Assembly: GCA_023334545.1 (NCBI GenBank) | Contig: JAADVB010000115.1 | Span: 1 to 55,392 of the forward strand | Length of the DNA stretch: 55,392 nucleotides | Reading direction: 5' to 3' | Origin: Salisapilia sapeloensis CBS 127946 | Taxonomy: Eukaryota; Protista; Oomycota | Part shown: positions 32,230-42,842 of the stretch, piece after piece | Layout: every line of letters begins with the position of its first letter | Position numbering within the stretch: the first letter of the stretch is position 1 | The notes under the pieces: model-generated | Databases searched by the model: none | What the model was told of the DNA's origin: nothing | Seen by the model: the letters and a program-made list of their open reading frames with translations, nothing else | Translations under genes and position numbers: made by a program

Positions 32230-34129
32230 CTACAACTCAAGCAATGGGAATTCTGGTTGGAACGCCGTCAGGTCCTTTGTGTCCGACAATTTGACCAGGT
32301 CAAAGCGCTGCATACAAGTAAAGCAGATACGAAGGTAGCTCCACACGTGGTCCGCTTGAGGATTCAACGTCAAAGCCTGCAAATAACATCGCACCGCCTC
32401 TTCGTACTTGCCGAGGTTGGCGTGGCTAATACCGAGGTTGAGCCATCCACGAGCGTATCGGGGTTTTAGCTCAAGTGCACGATGGTACGCCGGGATGGCT
32501 TCTCCCGAGTGACCAGAGTTTGCTAGCGTTGCACCTAGTTTATTCCACAGAGAGTACTCCTCTGGCCGCTCTTCTGCTGCCTTCCGAAGACTCGAAGCAG
32601 CAGCATCAAAGTCTTTCGAAACGTTGTAAAGGACACCTAGAACGACTGCAACGTCCGAGTCGGTCGGGTCGTGAGCCTGTGCTTGGAGCATTAGCTGCAT
32701 CACCTCGTCCATGAGACTACCGTCGCTGTACTCGTCCAACCGGATCTCGAGGCTGTGGAACTTGGGGTTGTGCCGGACCCACGCCTTAAGCGTCGACAGG
32801 GCATCTTGAGGGTTCAGCTCGTTTACGTGGCTCACACCCAGCGATAGCAGCGCGCTCAGATTGTACGGATCTTCCTCCACTGCCCGTTCAAAGCAGATGA
32901 TGGCGTTCTTGTCTGCGTCTTGCTCGGCGTGACACTCACCCAGCACCCGCCAAGCCTCACTGTGTGTCGGATTCTGCTGCACCTCTGCTTCCAACGCCAA
33001 GACGGCTTCATCTAATTTACCTTGCTTAAAGAACTCGAGGCCCTTCGCGAAGTTGTCGCTGCCGTCCAAAAACGCGTTCTCCTTTTGAGGCACGTACTCT
33101 CTGCTATTGTGCATGCCTGTCGTCTCCCAAATCTCATCGAATGGGTCTGTCGTTTTGGCATCTGCCATCGCTTTTTCCCATATAGCTTCCTATACAAACG
33201 TCAAAAACGTGCAATACGATAGAGCATGGGGTAAGACGTACGAGATTGCCCTCATCCTGCCACGCCGCGTTCATCTTGGCAGCATCGCGCTCTTGCGCTT
33301 CCTGCCAGATACTGTCCAACGATCGTCCGTTGATCGTCTCTGGTGCTGCTTTCGATTCTTCGAAAGCTGCTTCCATCGCATTCTGTCCTGCCGCATCGAC
33401 GTTATGCTTCAATTCAGACGTCGGCGTACCCTTCACTTCATTTCCAGCTTCATCAAACTCCACTTGGCCGCCGCTCACGTCTTTCATGAACTGCAAAAAC
33501 TCACTATTCTGCCACTTTGGGTCCTGGTTCTGCTCCATGGTCTCGGCCATGTGCTGACTCGCCTCCTTCGTCAAATCTCGCTCCACAGGTTCCTGAGCCG
33601 CAGGAGCAGCAGCTGGAGCCTGGAAATTTTGTTGATAGTGCATGCCGCTGTAGGCAGGCATGGCATGTGCTGGCAGTTTACTATCTTGCCACGCTGCCTC
33701 TGGAGGTTGCATGCCACTGTGGTTCCAAGCCTGGTCCATGTGAGCTCTTCCATTGCCCTGGAACTCAGACACCCACGAGTGGTGCATTTGCATCGGCGGA
33801 GGCGGAGCTTGCTGCTGGAAGTGTGCGTCGTGAAACGCAGCTTCCATCGCTTGGCGGTTGGGAGCGGACATGGTCGCATTCATGTGCTGGTATCTAGCCT
33901 GCTGCTCAAATTGGCGCATGGCAGCATCGTTGTAGCCCTGCTGCTGGCTTATGTGTGCTTGCTGCATCTGCGCTGCTAACTCATGCTGGGCCTGATGGGG
34001 GTGAGAGGCAGGGCGCTGGTGCTGCGAGCGCATGACATTGTCCATCGCTCGAGATAGCGGGTTTTGGGAGGCGACGGTGCCGTCCACATTGCACCCGTCT
34101 CCCTGTACAACTTTATTTAAGAGGTCCAT
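32230..34129 (-). CDS. PEX5: Peroxisomal PTS1 receptor PEX5 (2 exons)
   Basis: N-terminal Cys motif (QGDGC...QNPL), WVSEF, NSEFLQFM, and TPR domain (LEAEVQQNP..EAWRVLG, LGVLYNVS..D, LWNKLGATLANS, YHRALELKPRYARGWLNLGIS). Confidence 0.96.
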
Positions 34130-34698
34130 GCTAGTAGATAGGCAGAACTTGTCTCCTTGGTATTTGATGTTCTGATAGCTAGACGTTTCGTCAAATAAAA
34201 ATATGTTACAAGAGACAAAGAAAAGAAAGGGATATCTTTCACGGATGCAGATCTTGAAAGGGTATTGGAAACCTGGGGAAGATACTGGGAACGGGAAGGT
34301 GGCCGGCAACTATCAGACGGGACGTTAGGTACCACTTGCGTTCCTACAAAAGATATGATTGGGATCCCACCGTTCTCTTTATCCGAAGTATTTGGTAGGT
34401 TGCAGCGTTTCTTTCCGTCGTTGCCGCGTCCCTCGGCTGAGGTAGAAAAATTGGTGCAGGATCGATCCTTCTCTCGAGGTTTGAAATGGATTCGTAGACT
34501 GTCAAATGTGGGAAGGCGCCGCCTGTATAAGGATAAGCTTTTTAGGTTGCAACTCTTGGTAATGTGCGGGCTAAATTTGTTATGTCCTTTGTTTCCCATG
34601 CGCTTTCCTTTTCATTCGGCTTGGCGCCTGAATCATAGTGTGTAGCAGTCTGAACCGACGCCCTGTTCTCTCTCTTGCAGGTCGATCAACACGACATC

Positions 34699-35273
34699 TT
34701 ACTCACTATAGTCATCCACGGTCTTTTCATGGGACTGTGCACCATCAGATTTTTTAAAGAACTCGTCCTTGCTTCTAGCGATGTGCGTGAATGACGCCAT
34801 TGCCAGGAATGCGAGGATCGTAGTGTGTAGCTCTTTACAAGTCCCTTGATATTTTTTAAACCCACAAGTGAATTCGTTCATGTAGCTATAATTGCTCTTT
34901 CCATGACTGCTTATAAAAATCCATCAAGTATCCCACACGCTTAGCGCAACTGTCCGCATGCACATAGAAAGCGTACTGGATATTGCTTTCCAAGCAAGGA
35001 ATACCTATCGGAAATGAGTCATATGGACGTCGAAAAGGCAGCATAGCTACTCATTAACGTGTGAAAACACTCATTGACGACACCTACATCGTCACTTTGT
35101 CTGCACATGACCATGTATGACTTACATCGCACTAAGCCGCCAGTCGTCTGTTTAATCCATCTTTTCATTTCTGTGCGCGCAATAGCCTGTATCTTCCGCC
35201 GCCGTTTCGTCTTCAATTCTTTTGACGGTGCTTCACTATGACCTGATACGATGTTCAACGCTCCGATCCGCAT
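34699..35273 (-). CDS. Candidate 4-exon hypothetical protein (~140 aa) missed as a unit by the ORF track
   Basis: Three canonical short introns (GTAAGT..GTAG, GTAGCT..GATAG, GTACGC..GCAG) join ORFs 35019-35273 and 34699-34881 in frame: MRIGALNIV...GLVRC/VVNECFHTLMS/IPCLESNIH/HGKSNYSYMNEF...DDYSE*. No family recognised. Confidence 0.4.
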
Positions 35274-35525
35274 CGGCGTCCTTTCAAGGCGTTTCCTTTC
35301 CTCTCAACAGCGCTCCGTTGCCGGTATCCAACTTCTTTCACGTCACGCAAGCCTGCACATGACTCGTCGCGCTCGGAGTCGTTTTATTTGGTCAAAAATA
35401 TGAAGTGAAACGATGAAAGCATAAAGCACCCTGCGGGTGAACATCGTGCGCATCGAAAGCTGCCGAGGTCGCTTCATTATCCAATATTCCCAGCCCTCCA
35501 TAAGTCACAGAGCCCCAAAAGCAGG

Positions 35526-36506
35526 ATGCAATACATTCACGGTCAAGCCCCCGCTCGCAGTGACTCGGTCCAGTCCAATGTCAGTGACAGCAACTGGGAA
35601 ACCGTCTGCAGCGGGCTCCGCGTCTACAAGCCGTCTCCGGGAGATATTGTCAAGCCGCGCTTTGATATCTCCTCCACACAATGCAGCCGCGAAGGCGATA
35701 ACAACTTGAGTTTCGCCAGTACGACTTCATCGTATAGCTCCGCGGCGTCGTACACTTCGGACGCCGATAGCGTTTCCGTTGCTGCAGACGTCGAGACGGA
35801 GAACCAAGCTTCCGCATGCAACGATGCTGCCATCGATTCCATGCCGCAGTTCACAGTCTATGTCTGGTACGGACACAATGCTGGACTCGTTGTTGAGACT
35901 TGTCCGCACACCAAGTTCCCCATGGTTAAGCGCGCAGAAGGCGACATGAAGTTGCCTGGCATGTGGAACGTGCGCTATGGGGACTATCTACTGTCTTTCA
36001 ACGGTGAAAGCACGCACGCGTCCGAGATGGACATAGACGACGTCCGACAGCTCCTTGACACTTCCGGTGTCCGTCCCGCCATACTGCGTTTCCGTCATGC
36101 AAGCCCGGAAGAGATCAAAACACGGCCGCGTGGCGCCCAGCCGACGAAGCTAAGCAGCAACCAGCTCGAGTTCCAGCGCCAACGTATGGCTCACGAGCAG
36201 AGCATAAGCTATGTCATCATCAATGAAGGCTGTGATAACGTCGGAGTGGGCCTCCACACTTCAAACGAGCACGCCAAGTACCCGAGCGTCGTATACATCG
36301 ACGCCGATGGTGCCGCCGCGGAGCAGAGTAAGGACAACCTGATCGAAGTGGGTGACCTCTTGCTCAGTGTCAACGAGAACGACGTCGCATCGATCGGCAC
36401 GACGATGGCGATGAACGTCATCCGTGCATCGCCTCGGCCCCTCGTCCTCGCATTCTTCCGTAAGAACGCCGGACGCAAGGAACGATCATCTAGCATCGAG
36501 CTCTAG
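35526..36506 (+). CDS. Protein with two PDZ-like segments, single exon
   Basis: GLVVET...VRYGDYLLSFNGES...PAILRFRH and GVGLH...IEVGDLLLSVNENDV...PRPLVLAFFR follow the PDZ G-D-x-L-L-x-V-N pattern. Confidence 0.75.
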   Translation: MQYIHGQAPARSDSVQSNVSDSNWETVCSGLRVYKPSPGDIVKPRFDISSTQCSREGDNNLSFASTTSSYSSAASYTSDADSVSVAADVETENQASACNDAAIDSMPQFTVYVWYGHNAGLVVETCPHTKFPMVKRAEGDMKLPGMWNVRYGDYLLSFNGESTHASEMDIDDVRQLLDTSGVRPAILRFRHASPEEIKTRPRGAQPTKLSSNQLEFQRQRMAHEQSISYVIINEGCDNVGVGLHTSNEHAKYPSVVYIDADGAAAEQSKDNLIEVGDLLLSVNENDVASIGTTMAMNVIRASPRPLVLAFFRKNAGRKERSSSIEL

Positions 36507-36630
36507 GCAGCTCTCTTTCTTAAGTAGATATTTATCAACACCAGAGTACGATTAAGCTCACTTTCATGTTGTCCTTTGTCTAGTTACCTCTCTTCAATGC
36601 ACAGCTTTATACGCAAGTTGCACTACTTTC

Positions 36631-37965
36631 TCAATGCCTCCTCGTCGGACTCCGGAGCAGCTCCGAGTCAAGCAGGATCAGGATGACCGTCATATTATCC
36701 ATCGCTCCCTTCTCCTTGGCTTCCTCTAGCATCCGCTTACAGATCGTCACGGCCTTCTCTCCTCGTTCACGATAGCGACGGACGAACAGCGTCACATCTT
36801 CATCCGACAGCACGTCAGAGATGCCGTCACTAGCGAGCACGAGGAAGTTCTGACTAGAGCACCTGCCATGAGGTAAGGATTTCGACGTTGTGTACGGCTC
36901 GCAGATAATATGCTCCTTTTCGTCCGTCTGACCAAAGGCACGCGTCACGGACACAACGCCACCCACTCGCTTGTTGAAGATGATGCCGTTGCAAGCACGG
37001 ATGCGCGCCGCCTCTTCTTCGTTTGTGGCTTTGTGGTCCACCGTCAGTCGTTGCGTCTTGTGTCCGTCGTAGAAGATGGCTCGAGAGTCACCGACGTTTG
37101 CGATGTGGAAGCTCGTTTCGGCCGAGTCTGGTACCCTCCGGATCAAGCAAGTGACGGCCGTGGATCCACAGGCGTCGGCCTCTTCGAACTTTGCTAGCTC
37201 TTCGTCCGTTGCATGATACGCTTTCGAGAAGCACTCTTCAATCTCTTCTGGTAGAAGCATGTCCTCACCTCGGACTCTATCTCTACCACTAGCCTTCCTT
37301 CCTAAGGCCGTCGACAGCCTCCGATGGAGACTCTCGGTCACGAATTTGGAGCAGAAACCGCCTCCATGGCCGTCAAAGACGCCAAAGAAGCAACTATCTG
37401 CCGTATCATTGTGGAAAGCTGTGAAATTCGGTATCGCGACGCACTCGTCTTCCATGTACTGTCGGAATCGAGAGTTCTGGGTCGACACGGCAGCGTAGTC
37501 ACGTACGACTCGAGAAGGTTTAAATTTGTCCCACTCCATGTTACCATTGTCGAACTTGCGGCGAGCGAGCTGTCCGTCGAGACTCCTTTGGTGCATGTGC
37601 ATATGCTTTTTCTTTTTCTGCGATCTTTGGATCGTCGGCGACGACTGTGATGAAGTCGTGCGCCGGTTCGGACTGGCCGGGTCGAGCATTGGCTTGTGCT
37701 CCTTTGTCGACGAGGTTTTCTCTCGCGACAGGTCTGGCATCGACCGCGTGAACTTGTGATGCGATTGGGGCGGTGTACCGGACATGGGTTCCTTGATATC
37801 TGGCTTACTGGCGCGTCTCTGAGGCTTCATGTATGTGTCGGATGGGAGCAACAGCGGTGAACCTTGTGCGGACGAAGGCGAATTTCCCATTTTGATGCTG
37901 GATGCAATTCCCGAGGTGTGCAAGTTGATTTGTTCAGGCGCAGCTGCAACGTCGCTGGCTTTCAT
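36631..37965 (-). CDS. Protein phosphatase 2C (PPM family) with disordered N-terminus, single exon
   Basis: RQYMEDE, FFGVFDGHGG, CGSTA, ANVGDSR, DHKA, VSVTRAFG, LASDGISD, GAMDNMTV. In-frame ATGs at 37965 and 37890; the ORF track start 38109 is TTG. Confidence 0.95.
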   Translation of the reverse strand: MKASDVAAAPEQINLHTSGIASSIKMGNSPSSAQGSPLLLPSDTYMKPQRRASKPDIKEPMSGTPPQSHHKFTRSMPDLSREKTSSTKEHKPMLDPASPNRRTTSSQSSPTIQRSQKKKKHMHMHQRSLDGQLARRKFDNGNMEWDKFKPSRVVRDYAAVSTQNSRFRQYMEDECVAIPNFTAFHNDTADSCFFGVFDGHGGGFCSKFVTESLHRRLSTALGRKASGRDRVRGEDMLLPEEIEECFSKAYHATDEELAKFEEADACGSTAVTCLIRRVPDSAETSFHIANVGDSRAIFYDGHKTQRLTVDHKATNEEEAARIRACNGIIFNKRVGGVVSVTRAFGQTDEKEHIICEPYTTSKSLPHGRCSSQNFLVLASDGISDVLSDEDVTLFVRRYRERGEKAVTICKRMLEEAKEKGAMDNMTVILILLDSELLRSPTRRH

Positions 37966-38990
37966 GCTTTCTTCGCTCCACGTAAGAGAAACCGCTGCTC
38001 GTTTTTGTAAGCCTACAGGCAGATGGAAGCCTAACAACTTGATTGCTGGAAGCTGGAGTTTGTATGACCGGCGGCACAGCCGGGACGTTTGCAACGTTGC
38101 AACCTTCAACCGACTCCGCTTTGGTGGGAAGAAAGCGATATCACCAAGCCGACGAGCACATTACGACCCGAGGCATGTTAGACAGAAGGTAAGATACACA
38201 TGAGTTTCAAAGAGCTTCTAGGTGCATTGTATGAAAGATCTAAAGACACTTTGGCTGCGATGGATGGTGGTATAGATCAAGTACCTCGGATGCTTGTTTT
38301 GGAAGATTTTTGTTGACTTCGCAGGTATTCTGCGGCTGATGTCATAGATATCAAGTTGATGGGTATCATGCTAAGTTTCTGGTCGAAGTGAAGACAAAGA
38401 AACGAGTGCCACGTGGCGGAGAGTTTGGCACGGACTCGAAAACAACGTATAGCGCGCAGACAAATGAAAGGATTGTCGAGGGGTAAAGTGAATAGAAGCT
38501 TGGCCTTCCTCCTTCAATCTAGTCAGTAGGCGATCAAACGGATCCGAGCAGAAAACTTTCACGTAGCAGACAGTTCAAAAGTTGACGTGTAGTTTGCTGG
38601 CACTGCCAGCTTGTGATAGTGGCTTTCCGCTCGTATCCATATGGCTACAGTGCTCATTCTGCACGTGACGAGGCTAAATTGTTCCTGATACACTTATCAG
38701 CGTATCGTTCTAATGTGAATTTGTCTCAAGTTTAACATCTCCTGCAAAATGGTTGCAGCAACTAGTAAAGCAATCGAGATGAAACGGATGCAATGCTCCC
38801 TTCAAGTTGTGCGGCTCGAAACCACGTCAGCGGAACAACGAAATAAGTAGTTTCGAGTCAAATAGTACGTGTCTCGCCAACAAGCATGATTCCTACGTGT
38901 CTATCCTGTCAGTCCGCAATTGACTCTGGTCTTCCGCATCGCTTTTCATCAAGGAGCTCCGCTTGAGCATCAAGGCAGATCTCCCATCGA

Positions 38991-39021
38991 AATCCGGATA
39001 CTCTGACATCATATCCGGATT
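38991..39021. repeat. 10-bp perfect inverted repeat with 11-nt spacer (AATCCGGATA-N11-TATCCGGATT)
   Basis: Read directly from the sequence; each arm contains the palindrome ATCCGGAT; lies about 130 bp upstream of the PSMA5 ATG. Confidence 0.85.
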
Positions 39022-39153
39022 AATCTACCGTACATGTCGATGACATGATACTTTAAATCGTACTTGATTGGAGTCAGGAACAAGACCCACGCAAAAGAAC
39101 CGAAGAAAGCATCGGCCGTCTATCTGCTACGACTTTACCTGCCCTCCTTTGCC

Positions 39154-40321
<1,168 letters not shown>

Positions 40322-40368
40322 GACGATGGGCTTAGATAAGAAACGAAAGACCAACCTTTGAAAGAAAT

Positions 40369-41256
40369 CTATTCTGAACTTGCTTCACTCCCATTCGAAA
40401 AGGATGTGAAGTGGTGCAATCGACTAAGAATCATATCCAGCGCGACGGAGTTGACGCCGTGCGGGATGATGATGTCCGCGGCCCGCTTACTCGCCTCCAC
40501 GAACATCATGTGCATCGGTCGGACGGTCTTCATGTACTGGTCCATGACCGAGTCGGCCGACCTACCTCGCTCCTCCATGTCCCTGCGCAGCCTCCGAACG
40601 AACCTAATGTCCGCAGCCGTTTCGACGAAGATTTTGATGTCCATGAGCTCCGCGAGCTTGGGGTCGGCGAAAATCAAAATGCCTTCGACTAGAATGACCT
40701 TCTTCGGCAGCATCAAAGTACGCTCCGGTCGTCGTGAGTGGGTCGTAAAGTCGTAGATCGGGATCTCCACCTGCTCGTTGTTCTTGAGACGCTCGAGGTG
40801 CTTGATCATGAGGTCGGACTCGAGCGAGTCGGGGTGATCAAAGTTCACTTCCGCTCGCTGCTCAATGGTCAAGTCCGAAAGGTCTCGGTAGTAGTAGTCG
40901 TGAGACAGGTAGGACACTCGGTCGGCTCCGAACTCGTTGATGATAGCTCTCGACAGCGTCGTTTTCCCGGACCCGGAGCCGCCACAGACACCAATGACGA
41001 GAATCTGGTTGTCATCGAACGGAGCACGCGGATGGCTGCCTCCTCCAGTGTAGGAGTTGTCAATGTAGACAATGTCCTTGACGAGTTCGTACTCTCGCTT
41101 GTCTGGCGTCACCTGATCGTACTGGTACGGCGGTCGGTGCTTTTGAAAGCGCCTTGCTCGTGACTTGAGCACCGCTGCGACTGCCAGACAGGCTCCAGAG
41201 AAGAGGATGAGCTGGAACGTATTGCGGGTGGAGGACATGGAGGTAGGTGCCAGCAT
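40369..41256 (-). CDS. UDK: Uridine/cytidine kinase (stand-alone Udk type) with N-terminal hydrophobic anchor, single exon
   Basis: VIGVCGGSGSGKTT, LSHDYYY, NFDHPDSLE, IPIYDFTTHSR, ILVEGILIF, DIRFVRRLRRDMEERGRS, VRPMHMMFVEASKRAADIIIP. Confidence 0.95.
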   Translation of the reverse strand: MLAPTSMSSTRNTFQLILFSGACLAVAAVLKSRARRFQKHRPPYQYDQVTPDKREYELVKDIVYIDNSYTGGGSHPRAPFDDNQILVIGVCGGSGSGKTTLSRAIINEFGADRVSYLSHDYYYRDLSDLTIEQRAEVNFDHPDSLESDLMIKHLERLKNNEQVEIPIYDFTTHSRRPERTLMLPKKVILVEGILIFADPKLAELMDIKIFVETAADIRFVRRLRRDMEERGRSADSVMDQYMKTVRPMHMMFVEASKRAADIIIPHGVNSVALDMILSRLHHFTSFSNGSEASSE

Positions 41257-41398
41257 TGCAGCGAGTAATATTCACTGGCGATCAACTATTGCTGCGTCGT
41301 GAGATACTCTGATATGATGTCTGACTCGTGACTGGCTCCGAGCGAGATACGTTTCCCACCAGCTGCTATGACAGAAGAAAGAAAAGAAAAAGAAAGCT

Positions 41399-42712
41399 TT
41401 ATTGTCCTTGAGCCACCGACTCGATGACCAGTTGATGGCCTTCGTTCACCTCTCTGCCTTCACGAATACTCTCACACAAGATTGGCAGGTCTTGCTCTGG
41501 GTCGAGGATCTGGGATAGGAATACGAGGGCCTGGAAATCCTTGACGCGTTCATGGAAAGGCTCGTTCCGATGCGCATCCAAAAGCTTTTTCAACGCCTTT
41601 TGGTTACGGAACTCTCCCTCGCGGTTTAGTTTCGGGAACTCGCTTTTCAATTCGCTCTGCACCTGCTCCACCGGGACTACGCACAGGAAAAAGTTGTTGT
41701 CAATCTCTTTCGTCGGTTTCATCTCGACTAATGCCGTAAACGTCTCGTGGACACCCGTGTGCGTCGGATTCGCTTCGTCCTCAATCAACGCCCCGTGGCT
41801 GAACATGTCGACACACTGCTGGGATACGTGGAATGCTTCAAAGGAGGCCTCTCCATCTGCATTTAACGTCACTTTGAGCGTCACGAACAAGTTCTTTAGC
41901 TTTTCGTCCTCAACGCTCTCGTTAAAGTCCGCCTGCAGCTGTGCCGAGAGCAGCACCTCCTTGTCTGAAAAGTGGAACGTCTCATCTTCTCTCGGCGGAT
42001 GAGAAAACACCCATCCGACCTTTTCTTTCCCCAGCAGACTAGCGACGTGGTCTACTAAGTCTGCATTCGGATCGTCATGCACTTCGAATCCGTACGGATT
42101 GCCGCTTTGTGGTGGCTCGTAGATAAAGTCAACAGTGATTTCGTTCGTCTCGACATCTCTCGTTCCGTATAACCATCCGCATCGACTCTGTTGGAAAGCG
42201 AATTGACGCAAGTACGACTGGAAGTCGTTGCAACTGGCTGTGTCCAGCTTAACTTTGGCGATCGAACTCTCTTTCTGCGCCTGGATTTTAAATTCAAATT
42301 CAGCATCCATACGAGTAAACTCTCCCAGCGTCCAGTGCATCTTCATGTCACGAAGTGGCTTGAGACCTGGACGGAACCCAGTCCGGCTGAGGCGGTCTTC
42401 AACATTCACATGAGACAGCGACCCGTCCGCGTTAATGCGCGTGCTGATGCTTGCTTCAGCATTGCTGGACACGACATAGTCGCCGTCATAGTTTAGATAA
42501 ATGAGATCGCCGTGGCCGAGATGGTAGTCGGACAATGGCAGTTCATCGTCTTGAAGCAGTTGCTGGTGCTGTGGATCGCGCGCGAGTTTCTGCGTGGCCA
42601 AAGGGATCTGATAGTGCGTCTGTATAAAGTTTTTGACCGTAGAGAGAGGCGAGGATGGCGACAGGTCTGGCACGCGCCACGTACCGCTTTTGGAGCGCAC
42701 TCGAAGAAGCAT
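41399..42712 (-). CDS. NPL4: Nuclear protein localization 4 (p97/Cdc48 cofactor): Ubl plus MPN-like domain, single exon
   Basis: MLLRVRSKSGTWRV Ubl, HGDLIYL, QQSRCGWLYG, VDFIYEPPQ, KVGWVFSHP, FEAFHVSQQC, DNNFFLCVVP, DFQALVFL. Confidence 0.93.
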   Translation of the reverse strand: MLLRVRSKSGTWRVPDLSPSSPLSTVKNFIQTHYQIPLATQKLARDPQHQQLLQDDELPLSDYHLGHGDLIYLNYDGDYVVSSNAEASISTRINADGSLSHVNVEDRLSRTGFRPGLKPLRDMKMHWTLGEFTRMDAEFEFKIQAQKESSIAKVKLDTASCNDFQSYLRQFAFQQSRCGWLYGTRDVETNEITVDFIYEPPQSGNPYGFEVHDDPNADLVDHVASLLGKEKVGWVFSHPPREDETFHFSDKEVLLSAQLQADFNESVEDEKLKNLFVTLKVTLNADGEASFEAFHVSQQCVDMFSHGALIEDEANPTHTGVHETFTALVEMKPTKEIDNNFFLCVVPVEQVQSELKSEFPKLNREGEFRNQKALKKLLDAHRNEPFHERVKDFQALVFLSQILDPEQDLPILCESIREGREVNEGHQLVIESVAQGQ

Positions 42713-42842
42713 TCTCGCTGATCTTTTGTCGCTTTTGATCTTGTGTTGCAAAGTGATAATTAGTTGATAGATAGTATATTTAGAGCGATTTTGACTGGAA
42801 TAAAGTATGCGCCTGACAACGAGTTGTGACAAGAAACAGCGA

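Noticed and set aside
33107-33979. 290-aa + strand ORF
   Set aside because: Antisense to the PEX5 low-complexity region; composition is L/H/R-rich noise.
40358-41163. + strand ORFs over uridine kinase
   Set aside because: Antisense shadows with no independent evidence.
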